A stretch of 64,000 nt of DNA from Candidatus Babeliales bacterium (GTDB lineage Bacteria; Babelota; Babeliae; Babelales; JANWKD01). The stretch covers positions 128,001 through 192,000 of the forward strand of contig CAVRJM010000001.1 in the NCBI GenBank assembly GCA_963722075.1, in the 5' to 3' direction. The position numbers and the translations under genes are program-made. Below, one piece after another: positions 17,566 through 28,377 of the stretch. The notes below the pieces were generated by a model that saw only the letters and a program-made list of their open reading frames with translations, did not search any database and was not told where the DNA came from. The first letter of the stretch is position 1. Each line of letters begins with the position of its first letter.

Positions 17566-20208
17566 CTACACTCGCCCAACTCTCACCACTACCATCTTTC
17601 TAGTATCCAATACATCTGCTACTGCCGCTTGAATCTCTTTTTTACTAACACGCGCTAACTGTTGTGCACGATTATCAAAGAAATCATACGGCATTTTATA
17701 CCGATGCATGAATAAGAAAGTAGCAGCAATTTGTTTATTGGTTTCAAAATTATCCACTAATGAATTAGCAAGAGCATTTTGTGCATGAAAATATTCATCA
17801 TCAGAAATGGTTTCATGTGCTTCATTAATTGTTTGTGCAATTTGTTTTTGTGCTTCTTCCAAGCGATCCTGAGAAACAATGGTTCTAATAAAACTCATTC
17901 CCGGTTGTTCATCGGCATGAGAAAGTAATGAGCCGCCAATAGTATAAAAGAGCCCCGATCGTTCACGTAGGGCAAAAAGGCGCGAATTCATTGCTCCTAG
18001 TACCCCCCCGGTAAAAATCTGATCAAAAATAAGCAATTTATCAAAAGCTGGATCTAATCTACTTACTGATTTACCCGCAAAAGCGAGTACCACTTGATCG
18101 CGGTTGATAGGATAATTAAGAATATGCGGTACTGGCGTAGGTATGGTGCCAAATGAAAGTGGTGTAACGGTTGGCCCTTGCCAATCGCTTAGAAATGTAT
18201 GCATAATTGCCGGTATATCATATTCCTGTAGATTCCCTACTATTGAAATAGTAGTTTGCTCAGGGGTTATATAACGCTTATATGCTTCAATAAGATCTTG
18301 ATGGGTAATAGCCTCTAAACTTTCTTGCGTTCCTAATGATAGTTTGCTGTAGGGATGGCTTTTATATATTTCTTTGCGTGCAAGTAAATTTACAAATTGG
18401 GAAGGCTGGTCCCAATAATTATGAATATCAGATAACAGTTGATCACGAACCTTATCAATTTCTGATTCAGGGAACGTAACATTGGTAAGAATTTCTTTAA
18501 GGAGTGATAATCCTGCCGGTAAATCGCTACTCAACATATTGAACGCAATAATACCGGGCTTTGATTCGATGTTCATACCGCGCGATTCAATTTCGTGGGC
18601 TAATTCAATGGCACTGTATTGCTTGGTTCCTTCAATGAGCATGTTACTCATAAAATTCAATAATCCCGGTAGTTGATCTGAATCGTAATATGATTTTGCT
18701 TTGAAATCAACCAATACATCTATTTTGGCAATATTGGGATTATGATAATACAAAATGGTTAATCCATTAGGTAATGTTATGGTTTGAGGTTTAGGAAAAT
18801 CAAATGTAGCTGCTTCCTTAACGTTAATAGCATGTACATGTACGCCTGGTTCAATAGCGCTTTCTCTCGATATTTGCGATAAAATAGCAGTATCTTGTTT
18901 ATCTGATTCTTGTTGTAATTCAAGCCATACTGATTGCTGCTGTTCAGGAAGTGGTAACAATCGCCCCTGATGCATTAAGATTGATTTGAAATAATCTTTA
19001 AGCATTTGTATGAGAGCCGGTTTAACCGTTTCTATAGGATGCTGTATATAACGGAATAGATAATTTTCATCGCGTGTTGCCAAAAATGATTGGCCGATGG
19101 TGTATGCTTGTTTTTGATTATTTTCCAAGAGATCTAAATATTCTGATTGCACCTGTTTAGTTGCTCGGATAATTTCTTCATCAGTAATACCCTGGTGTAT
19201 GAGTTGTTCAATTTCTTCTTGGATAATGGTAATTATTGAATCTGTTTCAGTGCCTTCTTTTGGTTGGAAATAGATAAAAAAGAGCCCATAATCAAACAGA
19301 TCATACACAAATGATTCCAGTTGCGTAACCAATTGCAATTCATCAATGAGTTTTTTTTGCAACCGTGAACTTTTTCCTGACCCCAGTACCCAAGAAAGCA
19401 CATTAAGGAAATAATCTTGTTGTTTATGCGCGCCGGGCACTATAAAACAAAGGGCTATTTGCGGGATTTTAACATCACGATAGAGCGTTGTTTGGGTTGC
19501 TATAAGCTCATTGGTATGATAATACAAATCCCTTTTATAGAGTGGATCTGGGTTAATTTGACCAAAAGCACGTTGTGCATGCCCAAGAACGTCGGCCTCA
19601 GCAACATCGCCAACCACCACTAAAGTTGCATTATTGGGATAATAATGTTTTTTATAAAACTGCATTAAATCAGCATGTTTTAAGCTCCATAAATCTTGCT
19701 TAAATCCAATAATGGGGTAATGGTAGGGATGATCAGCAAAGATGGTTGATATCATTTGCTGAATTAAGCTTGAATCGTAATTATCGCGATACATTTTTAA
19801 TTCTTGAATAACCGCTTTCATTTCTGAATTAAGCAGTTCTTGTTTAAACGTGCAGTTACGCATGCAATCGGCCATAATAGGAAGAGCTTCATGCCAGTGA
19901 TGAGTAGGAAAATCAAAAAGATAGCCAGTATAATCCCAGGAAGTAAATGCATTACACGTACCTGATAGTTTTTGCGTGATCATATTAATATCAGATTCAG
20001 ATAGTTTGTGTGTTCCTTTAAAGATCATATGCTCAATAAGATGTGCAATTCCTTTTTCGCTTGTTTTTTCATCTTTTGAACCCACATCATACCATAATTG
20101 AATTGATACTTTAGGAATCGTATGATTAGGGCGTACTAATACCGTTAACCCGTTATCTAACACTTTTTTAAATACTGTATCTGATTTACTCATGCTTTTC
20201 ACGCGCAA
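17566..20208 (-). CDS. M16 family zinc protease (fused two-half form)
   Basis: HLIEHMIFKGT, NAFT, second inactive half. Confidence 0.93.
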   Translation of the reverse strand: MRVKSMSKSDTVFKKVLDNGLTVLVRPNHTIPKVSIQLWYDVGSKDEKTSEKGIAHLIEHMIFKGTHKLSESDINMITQKLSGTCNAFTSWDYTGYLFDFPTHHWHEALPIMADCMRNCTFKQELLNSEMKAVIQELKMYRDNYDSSLIQQMISTIFADHPYHYPIIGFKQDLWSLKHADLMQFYKKHYYPNNATLVVVGDVAEADVLGHAQRAFGQINPDPLYKRDLYYHTNELIATQTTLYRDVKIPQIALCFIVPGAHKQQDYFLNVLSWVLGSGKSSRLQKKLIDELQLVTQLESFVYDLFDYGLFFIYFQPKEGTETDSIITIIQEEIEQLIHQGITDEEIIRATKQVQSEYLDLLENNQKQAYTIGQSFLATRDENYLFRYIQHPIETVKPALIQMLKDYFKSILMHQGRLLPLPEQQQSVWLELQQESDKQDTAILSQISRESAIEPGVHVHAINVKEAATFDFPKPQTITLPNGLTILYYHNPNIAKIDVLVDFKAKSYYDSDQLPGLLNFMSNMLIEGTKQYSAIELAHEIESRGMNIESKPGIIAFNMLSSDLPAGLSLLKEILTNVTFPESEIDKVRDQLLSDIHNYWDQPSQFVNLLARKEIYKSHPYSKLSLGTQESLEAITHQDLIEAYKRYITPEQTTISIVGNLQEYDIPAIMHTFLSDWQGPTVTPLSFGTIPTPVPHILNYPINRDQVVLAFAGKSVSRLDPAFDKLLIFDQIFTGGVLGAMNSRLFALRERSGLFYTIGGSLLSHADEQPGMSFIRTIVSQDRLEEAQKQIAQTINEAHETISDDEYFHAQNALANSLVDNFETNKQIAATFLFMHRYKMPYDFFDNRAQQLARVSKKEIQAAVADVLDTRKMVVVRVGRV

Positions 20209-20362
20209 AGCCTTTTATTTATTTACCAACAATAATTACTGATTTTTATTTAATCATAAGCTGAAAAAGAGAAAAAAAGTAGATCTGATTAATATTATTG
20301 CTATTTGTAATAAAAAAGATGTATCCTAAAAATGATAATAACCATAATTTCAGAGAAAAATT

Positions 20363-20815
20363 ATGAAATTACGAAATAAAATTATATTGTTATGTTCATT
20401 TTTTATCATTATAACGCTTATTGAACAGCTAAAAGCGTCCTTCATTGTTGTGCAAGGCTCCATTCAATTGTGGATTGTGACTATTATCAATAATTCAGGT
20501 ATCACGTTAGTAGTTATTGATGAAGTTATTGATCCGCAAGGTAGCTCAGCAATGGAACAAATATTAACTCCGGGAGTACCCAATAATCAGTTCAGCTTTC
20601 AATGGCCGTCCGACTTTCAAAAACCCAATGGGAGAAGAATTACTATTTATGGACTTATAAATGGTGTATTACAAACAAATAAAATTATTATAGGAAATAC
20701 GGCAGACGCAACGCATCCGATGGTTCCTTCAGGAGATTTTTATATTATTCGTTCATCCCGCAGAGCGATTTGTATTGCTGATAAATTAAACCCAAATCAA
20801 TGTGCGGGTCGTTAA
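20363..20815 (+). CDS. Secreted hypothetical protein
   Basis: 150-aa ORF with signal peptide. Confidence 0.65.
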   Translation: MKLRNKIILLCSFFIIITLIEQLKASFIVVQGSIQLWIVTIINNSGITLVVIDEVIDPQGSSAMEQILTPGVPNNQFSFQWPSDFQKPNGRRITIYGLINGVLQTNKIIIGNTADATHPMVPSGDFYIIRSSRRAICIADKLNPNQCAGR

Positions 20816-20826
20816 AGGAGTTAATT

Positions 20827-21213
20827 ATGAAAAAATTACTATGTATCGGGCTTTTACTGATCAATAGTTCGATTTTTGCTATACGGTTGACTAATGTTAC
20901 TAAATTTCCGGTGAGTGCCACAGTAACTTATTATGCAAATTGTACAAGTTTTGATCCATTAAATACCGTGCAGTATAAAATTACCGTTCCATCGCATGGC
21001 AGTGCTGATATTACACAAGCGTCTCCAGTGGTGGCGCGTGAAAAGGGGTGTAATTTAACGGTTATGAGCGTGGAAGCAAGTTTATTACTTTCTGATGGGA
21101 TCACGCAATTAAAACGTACCTTTGTAGGGCCATTTACCAAAGATATTGTGATTAATTCTTCCTTGCAAACTGATGCTTCATTCATTGTCAAAGGGATTAT
21201 TGCAGCGCAGTGA
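20827..21213 (+). CDS. Secreted beta-rich hypothetical protein
   Basis: AAGGAG RBS; MKKLLCIGLLLINSSIFA. Confidence 0.7.
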   Translation: MKKLLCIGLLLINSSIFAIRLTNVTKFPVSATVTYYANCTSFDPLNTVQYKITVPSHGSADITQASPVVAREKGCNLTVMSVEASLLLSDGITQLKRTFVGPFTKDIVINSSLQTDASFIVKGIIAAQ

Positions 21214-21286
21214 ATGGTTTTATATTGAATAATATAAACTACCAATTATACTTTTTATTATTTGAATAAACAGTATAAAGGTTTTC

Positions 21287-21736
21287 ATGAATCGTAAATT
21301 ATATGTATTAGTTCTAGTAGTTCTATTTTTTAATAATAATTTTTCTTTAGCAATGAATAATGAATTAAATACATTGGATGTATTTGATAATTTTTTCAAA
21401 GATGTTGCCATTTCAACGTTAAAAGTTGGAGCAGGAGCTGCTATCGGTTATTTTGGCGCGGTAACATTAGGTGAAGCAATGTGCGATCTCTTACAGTTTT
21501 GTGAATTGGGATTAATGGCAACAGGCATGTATGAGAGCCATGATCAAATTGCGGTACAAAGCCGTTCCGGATTTAAACAAATGGCAAAAAATCAGTTATT
21601 ATATGGGGAATTCGTATTATTATCTCCTAATAAATCTATTTCCAAGGGGACGTTGGCAAAACTAATTTTAGGGGGAAGTAGCTTATACGTGAGCCATGGT
21701 TTAATAAAAGATGCTCTTAATATTATTTTAAAATAA
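21287..21736 (+). CDS. Secreted/membrane hypothetical protein
   Basis: Signal ending SLA-MN. Confidence 0.7.
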   Translation: MNRKLYVLVLVVLFFNNNFSLAMNNELNTLDVFDNFFKDVAISTLKVGAGAAIGYFGAVTLGEAMCDLLQFCELGLMATGMYESHDQIAVQSRSGFKQMAKNQLLYGEFVLLSPNKSISKGTLAKLILGGSSLYVSHGLIKDALNIILK

Positions 21737-21822
21737 ATAATATCCGAAAGGTTCTGTTGAGTCTTTCTAGAGGTATCATAAAACTAACTCAAAGTAATAA
21801 AATATAAGCAGTTAGAAAAGCC

Positions 21823-22053
21823 GTCGTTGCGAGCTTGCCGAAGCAATCCAGATTAAAATAAATGATAATACAAGCTTATAGAAGATAATAGAATACAGCC
21901 CCGTCAATTATTGAAAAAGGTAAAAATTTATTTTATATAAAACTAATAAATAATTTTTTTCATTGAATGAATAAATCATTGTAATAAATAAACTTATGAA
22001 ATGAATTGAAAAATTTTAATGAACCTGGATTGCTTCGACGAGCTCGCAACGAC
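21823..22053. repeat. Non-coding copy of the palindromic-repeat element
   Basis: Arms at 21823-21852 and 22024-22053; about 170-bp AT-rich spacer. Confidence 0.85.
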
Positions 22054-22239
22054 GTACGTTTATAATTTTATATTATTTGAGCAAGATATTATGCATCTTA
22101 GTGGGAATTTAAAACTTCAAATAAGTGTAAAACTCAACAGAATCTAGCGAGTTTGGCATCTAAAACAGCCTATTTACAAAAAAAGGTCCTTTATTAATGG
22201 GATCCTCACGCTGCGCTCGGACGATAAAAAGAGGGATCA

Positions 22240-23592
22240 TTACTTAGTCTTTGCATCCTGCACATCATACCCAAGTTGTTTTAACTTCTCACGCAATTCA
22301 TCTGATTTTTTATAATCCTTAGCAATGCGTGCTGCTTCACGCTCCTCAATCAATTGTTGAATTTCAGCAGTAATAGTAACTGCTTTTTCAGGTAAGGGAT
22401 GTAAAGTAAGGCCTAAAATATCAATAATGAATTTTTTTACCAAGCATGCTTCATCAGGTGAAAGTTTTTTAAGATGTTCAAAAACTACGCCAAACATGCC
22501 GGGTGTATTTAAATCATCAACTAAAAACTCCATCATTTTTTTTATAATTTCCGATTCTTTTACTTGAGAAGGCAGTATATTTTCAGGAATTTGTACTTTA
22601 CTAAAGAACAGTGCCAATTTTTGATATGTTTTGTGTGCCGTTTGTAAATCATCTAAAGAAAAATCCAGCGGCGATCGATAATGATGTGTCAGAATCATGT
22701 ATCGTAATACCATCGGATCAAATTGTTCAAAAATTTGGCGAATGGTAAAGAAATTATGCAGAGATTTAGACATTTTTTCTTCATTTATGCGCACAAATGC
22801 ATTATGCATCCAGTATCGTGCAAATGGTTTACCCCAGACGCTTTCTGATTGCGCAATTTCATTTTCATGATGTGGGAAAATAAGATCCATGCCGCCGCCA
22901 TGAATATCAATATGTTCGCCTAAAAAATGGCGGGCAAGCGCCGAACATTCTATATGCCAACCCGGGCGTCCATATCCCCAAGGGCTTTTCCAAAAAGTTC
23001 CTTCTGGTTCTGCTTTCCATAAAGCAAAATCAAGAGGATCTCTTTTTTTATGGTTTTGTTCAACACGAGCACCAATGCGCAAATCTTCAAGCTTTTGTTT
23101 AGATAATTGCCCATAATCAGAAAAGGTTGGGATGCTAAAATAAACATCACCATCTACCACATACGCTTTGCCGGTATCAACGAGTTTTTTAATAAGGGTA
23201 ATAATCTCAGGGATGTGCTCTGTTACACGGGGTTGAAAGGTTGGTGCCAAGCAATTGAGCGCTACCATGTCTTCCTGATAGGCAGTAATAAATTGATTGG
23301 CAACGAGTAAAAATTTGCTTGGATCGCCATATTCTTGTACTGCTTTATTAATTAATTTGTCATCAATATCAGTAAAATTGCGACAATAAATAACGGTATA
23401 ATCCAAAAATGTTAATAATCGATATAACAGATCAAATACAATATACACGCGGGCATGGCCAACGTGAGAATAATCATAAGGAGTTACGCCACAAACATAC
23501 ATGGTAACCTTGTGAGGATACCAGGGTTTAAATGATTCTTTTTTAGCGCTTAAGGTATTGTTAATAACTAGCATATATTCCAACTCGTGCAT
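22240..23592 (-). CDS. cysS: Cysteine--tRNA ligase
   Basis: MYVCGVTPYDYSHVGH, GRPGWHIECS, KMSKS. Confidence 0.97.
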   Translation of the reverse strand: MHELEYMLVINNTLSAKKESFKPWYPHKVTMYVCGVTPYDYSHVGHARVYIVFDLLYRLLTFLDYTVIYCRNFTDIDDKLINKAVQEYGDPSKFLLVANQFITAYQEDMVALNCLAPTFQPRVTEHIPEIITLIKKLVDTGKAYVVDGDVYFSIPTFSDYGQLSKQKLEDLRIGARVEQNHKKRDPLDFALWKAEPEGTFWKSPWGYGRPGWHIECSALARHFLGEHIDIHGGGMDLIFPHHENEIAQSESVWGKPFARYWMHNAFVRINEEKMSKSLHNFFTIRQIFEQFDPMVLRYMILTHHYRSPLDFSLDDLQTAHKTYQKLALFFSKVQIPENILPSQVKESEIIKKMMEFLVDDLNTPGMFGVVFEHLKKLSPDEACLVKKFIIDILGLTLHPLPEKAVTITAEIQQLIEEREAARIAKDYKKSDELREKLKQLGYDVQDAKTK

Positions 23593-23708
23593 TTTAAGGG
23601 TTTTTTATAGTTTAAAAAAGATTATCCACTCTGGTCAATCTTAAAAAAAAAGGTATTCTAATTTATTATTAAAAATTACAGAATTATATTAAATAAATTT
23701 TTCGATAT

Positions 23709-23811
23709 GTCATTCTGAGATCTTGCTTTGCAAGATCGTGAGAATCCAGTTATAAAATATAAAGACTTTTTTATTTATTTACTGGATCCCCACGCTAGCG
23801 CTCGGGATGAC
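23709..23811. repeat. Inverted pair of GTCAT...ATCCAG repeats upstream of bamA
   Basis: gtcattctgag..gtgagaatccag / ctggatccccacg..ctcgggatgac. Confidence 0.8.
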
Positions 23812-23847
23812 GTCTGGGTTGGTTCTGGTAGCTTAGGAGCGTATAAT

Positions 23848-26481
23848 ATGACATCGGTGCTGATGAACGTACTGTTATTTTTTTCATTTTTCTTTTCAAT
23901 TCCTTGTATTGTATATGCAGATAGTGATACTAAATCACCTGAACCCATTGCTTTAGAAGAGGATTTATGGCGCATAACAGAACCACAACAACAACCCCCT
24001 GCATTGCCTGTTGAACCCATATACGATAATGCAGATGACGTTTCAATTGTATCGCAACATAAATTAAAAGATAAAGCTGAAAAAACAACTAACAATGATA
24101 TGAATCCACAAGACAGGATGGTCCCTGCAAAACCGCTTATTAATGATATTATCATTATTGGCAATAATCAGGTAGGTACTGATGCAATTCTTAATAAAAT
24201 TCCCTATCACGTTAATGAAGAATATACACCGATCAAATCAAAATCCCTTATTTCAAACCTAATGGAGATGGGATACTTTAAAAACGTATCGCTTAAAGGG
24301 GAATTACTTCCGGATAATAAAATAAATCTATATGTGATACTAGCAGAAAAACAACCACTTAAAGAGGTGATTTTTAAAGGGAATAAGCATTTATTAGAAA
24401 AAGATATAAAGAAAAAAATTAAATTTAATGAAAAACCCGCTATTGATGAAAGTGATCTTAAAAAATTTATTAATGACCTTAAAAAATTATATAGAGAAAA
24501 AAACTACCATAACGTTGAAATCGAAGCACAGCTAGAAGATGCTGGCCAGGGTAAGGTAAATGCCGTTTTTACCATTACTGAAAATAAAAAATCTGCTGTT
24601 CAACGAGTTTTTTTTGAAGGGAATAAAGCATTTTCTGATAAAGAGTTACGGGGCCTCATATTCACGCGTGAAGATTGGGTATTAGGGTTTATGGATAAAG
24701 CTGGTTTTTATCAGCCAGAAGCAATCGAAGCAGATCGCCATATGTTGGAAAATTTTTACCAAAGCCGAGGGTATTTAAATGCAAAAGTAACTGATGTTGA
24801 AATACAGCCTGATGTGCAGGATCCTTATAATATGAAAATAACATTTCATATTCTTGAAGGCGATCTTTATACCGTACGCGATATTAAAGTAGCGGGTAAT
24901 GATGCTGTTTCTGAAGCGGAAGTTTTAAGTCGATTACCCATAAAATCAGGTGATTTATATTCTAAAGAAAAAATTCGTGATTCAATTGAATTAATACGCT
25001 TACTACTGGGGGAATATGGCTATATTTATGCCGATGTTGATCCTTCTATTGAACCCGATAATGAAAATAAGACGGTAAATATCACCTTCTTTACTGAATT
25101 AGGTGATAAAATTACCGTTCGTAAAATTGAAATTCGTGGTAACCAAAAGACGCGCCAAAAGATTATTCGTCGTCAATTATTATTTGATGAAGGTGATTTA
25201 TTAACAACGCAACGCCTTGAAAAATCAAAAGAACGGGTAGAACAATTGGGTTATTTTGATCAACAAAATGGGGTGAGTTGGAAACTTAAGCGGGTAAATC
25301 AGGATATTGCCGATTTAGAACTTTTTGTAAATGAGGTTAAAACAGGGCGTGTAGATATGCAACTAGGTTTTGGTGGTTCGCCGCGTGATTTACAAAACCC
25401 TACCGAATCGTTACGTATTGGTGGGTCTATTTCTGATACAAATTTACTTGGCCTTGGTATTGGATTTAATTTAAGTGGTGAATTTTCAAAGCAAGAACGG
25501 CAACTTCTTTTCAATATTACTGAACCGTGGCTTTTTGATCGTCCTATTTTTGCAGCGCTTGATTTAGCAATCAAAAAATCATTATATGAAGATTTTCAAT
25601 TTACCAAAAATGAAGTAAAAGAGCAGTTGGTAAATGGCTCATTTAGTGTTGGTTTTATTTCTCAAAAATTAAATATGACGCGCTTCCTTTTCCTTTTTGG
25701 GGTAGAAGGGTTGCATTATAATCAACCACCTGAAGTAAACCCAGCCTCAATACCAGATCCAAAGGAAGCGGCAGAATTTACGATGATTCTACAGCGCCGT
25801 TTTCCGCAAGGTAGTTTTGCCTGGACTGGTGCACAAGCAAGCCAGGATTTTCGTAATCATCCGCTGCACCCCAGCCGTGGATATCAATGGCTTATTCAAA
25901 CACGTATGGGCATTCCTAATAGTGGTCATTTTCATTTAGCTTCCGCACCGCAAGCATCTGCCTTCAATTTTGGATTCTGGAAACTAGATGGCGATGCCAG
26001 CTATTATACGCCATTAATTGGTGAACGTGATTTAGTATTTTACTTCCATACCCATTTTGGCATTGTGGGATCATTCCCGGGGAAAGTAATTCCATTTAGG
26101 GAATTGTACCATATTGGTGGTCCGGCCAGTGTTAGAGGGTTCTTATTTGGTGAAATTGGGCCCACCTTCAAAGGCGTCGATTCTATTGGTGCTAAAAAAG
26201 CATTTTGGTTTAACGCTGAGTTAATTTTCCCGGTAGCTCCTGACTTTTCTATTAAAGGAATCGTATTTTATGATGGTGGTGCTGGATGGGATACGCCTGA
26301 TTCGCAAGCAATTTCCAAAAAACGGCTTAAAAATAATAGCTTTAACTATCGTCATTCAGTAGGATTTGGGGTGCGTTTATTGAGGCCTACGCCAATGCGT
26401 ATTGATTGGGGTTTCAAGCTTGATAAACGTAAGGGCGAATCACCGAGTGAAGTACATTTGACGATGTCTCATGATTTCTAA
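23848..26481 (+). CDS. bamA: Outer membrane protein assembly factor BamA
   Basis: POTRA repeats, VRGF motif, C-terminal F; AGGAG RBS before 23848. Confidence 0.93.
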   Translation: MTSVLMNVLLFFSFFFSIPCIVYADSDTKSPEPIALEEDLWRITEPQQQPPALPVEPIYDNADDVSIVSQHKLKDKAEKTTNNDMNPQDRMVPAKPLINDIIIIGNNQVGTDAILNKIPYHVNEEYTPIKSKSLISNLMEMGYFKNVSLKGELLPDNKINLYVILAEKQPLKEVIFKGNKHLLEKDIKKKIKFNEKPAIDESDLKKFINDLKKLYREKNYHNVEIEAQLEDAGQGKVNAVFTITENKKSAVQRVFFEGNKAFSDKELRGLIFTREDWVLGFMDKAGFYQPEAIEADRHMLENFYQSRGYLNAKVTDVEIQPDVQDPYNMKITFHILEGDLYTVRDIKVAGNDAVSEAEVLSRLPIKSGDLYSKEKIRDSIELIRLLLGEYGYIYADVDPSIEPDNENKTVNITFFTELGDKITVRKIEIRGNQKTRQKIIRRQLLFDEGDLLTTQRLEKSKERVEQLGYFDQQNGVSWKLKRVNQDIADLELFVNEVKTGRVDMQLGFGGSPRDLQNPTESLRIGGSISDTNLLGLGIGFNLSGEFSKQERQLLFNITEPWLFDRPIFAALDLAIKKSLYEDFQFTKNEVKEQLVNGSFSVGFISQKLNMTRFLFLFGVEGLHYNQPPEVNPASIPDPKEAAEFTMILQRRFPQGSFAWTGAQASQDFRNHPLHPSRGYQWLIQTRMGIPNSGHFHLASAPQASAFNFGFWKLDGDASYYTPLIGERDLVFYFHTHFGIVGSFPGKVIPFRELYHIGGPASVRGFLFGEIGPTFKGVDSIGAKKAFWFNAELIFPVAPDFSIKGIVFYDGGAGWDTPDSQAISKKRLKNNSFNYRHSVGFGVRLLRPTPMRIDWGFKLDKRKGESPSEVHLTMSHDF

Positions 26482-26559
26482 AAAACCCTTTATTTAAGGT
26501 ATGTATTTCTGCTAAAATAGGTATATATTGGTTAGATATTATGAAAATGGAGAGTATCT

Positions 26560-26883
26560 ATGAAAAACAATAAAATATCTTATTTATTATTATTGTTAGT
26601 TTGTCAAAGCATGCGCGCAATGGAAAATCCAAATCCTGAAAAGGAAGTAAAAAGCGAATATAACCTGCAAGGGCTTGATTTTGCTGATGAAATAATATTA
26701 TCAGCTGCAATACAGAAACTTGAATATTTGAAAAATAATAAGAATAGTATAATCCAAAACTATATAAATAAAGCTGGAATAACCCTGAAAGAGGCAACGA
26801 ATCTATATGACAATAATTTAACAGAAGCTCAGGGCTATTTGGATGAGGTAGTAACGGCGATCAAGAAAGGATTGGGTTACTAA
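26560..26883 (+). CDS. Small secreted helical protein, array member
   Basis: Signal + AME; shared array motif. Confidence 0.8.
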   Translation: MKNNKISYLLLLLVCQSMRAMENPNPEKEVKSEYNLQGLDFADEIILSAAIQKLEYLKNNKNSIIQNYINKAGITLKEATNLYDNNLTEAQGYLDEVVTAIKKGLGY

Positions 26884-26937
26884 CGTAGAAGATGCTGAAC
26901 AGCATTTAGAAATATAATATCTTGAATGGAGCAAAAA

Positions 26938-27492
26938 ATGGACGGTTATAACAACTATAAAAAATATTTTATTACGATCATAGGTTTATTACTTGCCATT
27001 TCTTCACTGAATGCGATGCTTTATGATGCGCCTAATAATAATGATAAACGTATCAAAGAAATAGAAGATCATCTGGCCTTCATTAATAATCATATTGATG
27101 AGTTTATTAAAAGTACTATGAAGCAATTTAATATATCAGAAGAAGACGCTATAGAGTATTATCATCAGCTTGTTGATGGCTACGAAGATGAGATTCAAAA
27201 ATTACATGAAAAAGATACGCATCTTGAATATTTCCTGGTATACAATGAGGATCCAGAAAATATTCGTGGCCAATTGAGGGGAATAAATGACGAAATTACA
27301 TATTATGAAAAAGAAAAAAACGATATAATCCAAAATTTTAGTATTGGATATCAGATATCTAAATCAGAGGCACTTGAGCAATATGAAAGGAACTTGTCCA
27401 ATTTAAAAGATGAAAGAGACGGGTTATTACTTTTATTGGGACAATTAAAGCCGGAATTAACGGTAGAAGAATACATTAAAAAAATTGAATAA
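26938..27492 (+). CDS. Small secreted protein, array member (fusion of modules A and B)
   Basis: N-half similar to 27621-27908; C-half similar to 29013-29384. Confidence 0.85.
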   Translation: MDGYNNYKKYFITIIGLLLAISSLNAMLYDAPNNNDKRIKEIEDHLAFINNHIDEFIKSTMKQFNISEEDAIEYYHQLVDGYEDEIQKLHEKDTHLEYFLVYNEDPENIRGQLRGINDEITYYEKEKNDIIQNFSIGYQISKSEALEQYERNLSNLKDERDGLLLLLGQLKPELTVEEYIKKIE

Positions 27493-27620
27493 ACCTTTTG
27501 TATCAAAGAAGAAAAGGGAATAAAATGATGAAAAAGGGTGTGGGAGAACATTAAGGTAGAAAATGCTGAAAAATTTCAAGACAGCATTTAGAAATATAAG
27601 ATCTTAAATGGGGTAAAAAA

Positions 27621-27908
27621 ATGGACGGTAAAAATAAATTTAAAATGTATCTTTTTATAAGTATGCTTTTGCTTACCCTATCTTCATTGTACGCAATGAA
27701 CTATTACGATCAGCGTATCAAAGAATTAACTGACCATGCGCAATTTATCAAAGACCATGCTGAATATTTTATTAAAAGTCATATGAAACAATTTGATGTA
27801 GCAGAAGAAGAAGCACGACGCTTTTATAATGAATTGATGGGTAACTTTGAGCGAAAAATTCAAAAGTTATTTCGGAAAAGAGATGAAGTTAAGAATGTTA
27901 AACGATAG
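27621..27908 (+). CDS. Small secreted protein, array member (module A)
   Basis: Signal + AM; paralog of 29484-29768. Confidence 0.85.
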   Translation: MDGKNKFKMYLFISMLLLTLSSLYAMNYYDQRIKELTDHAQFIKDHAEYFIKSHMKQFDVAEEEARRFYNELMGNFERKIQKLFRKRDEVKNVKR

Positions 27909-27922
27909 AGAAAGGAGTGATC

Positions 27923-28273
27923 ATGCAAGTACATAAACTATTTTATTTATTAATTTTAATTTTAGGGATTAATTCTGGTATTAAATCGATGGAAAACCCA
28001 TATCCAGAGGGTAGCAGAGAGTTTAGCCGAATGTATGTTCAACAAATACCAGCCAAATATTTAGAAGAAGCATTAAAAAAAGCACAGCAAGACTTTATAG
28101 TATTTAGAGATGGTAAAGAATCTTTCATTCAACAGGTTATGCATGATTTTGGCTATAATAGGGAAGATGTACAATTCGCTTACGACAAGGAGTTAGAAGT
28201 AAAAGAAGCAATTGTAGATAGTATACAAGAGGCTATCAGAAATATACAAAACATCACCGAAGGTGCAGAATAA
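27923..28273 (+). CDS. Small secreted protein, array member
   Basis: AAGGAG RBS; signal + SMENP. Confidence 0.8.
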   Translation: MQVHKLFYLLILILGINSGIKSMENPYPEGSREFSRMYVQQIPAKYLEEALKKAQQDFIVFRDGKESFIQQVMHDFGYNREDVQFAYDKELEVKEAIVDSIQEAIRNIQNITEGAE

Positions 28274-28314
28274 ACGAGATGAAGAAGGACTGTCTAATAA
28301 AAAAAGGAGTATTT

Positions 28315-28377
28315 ATGAAGATAAATAAACTATTTTATTTATTTAAGCATGACCTGAAAACCCCATCGGCTTTCTAA
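28315..28377 (+). pseudogene. Truncated array member running into the IS200 left end
   Basis: AAGGAG RBS + MKINKLFYLF, matching the paralog starts HKLFYLL and NKLFYLF. Confidence 0.55.

Noticed and set aside
23728..23847. N-terminal extension of BamA through the repeat (RPE-like in-frame insertion)
   Set aside because: A clear RBS and ATG at 23848 precede the signal peptide; the extension is probably a chance open frame
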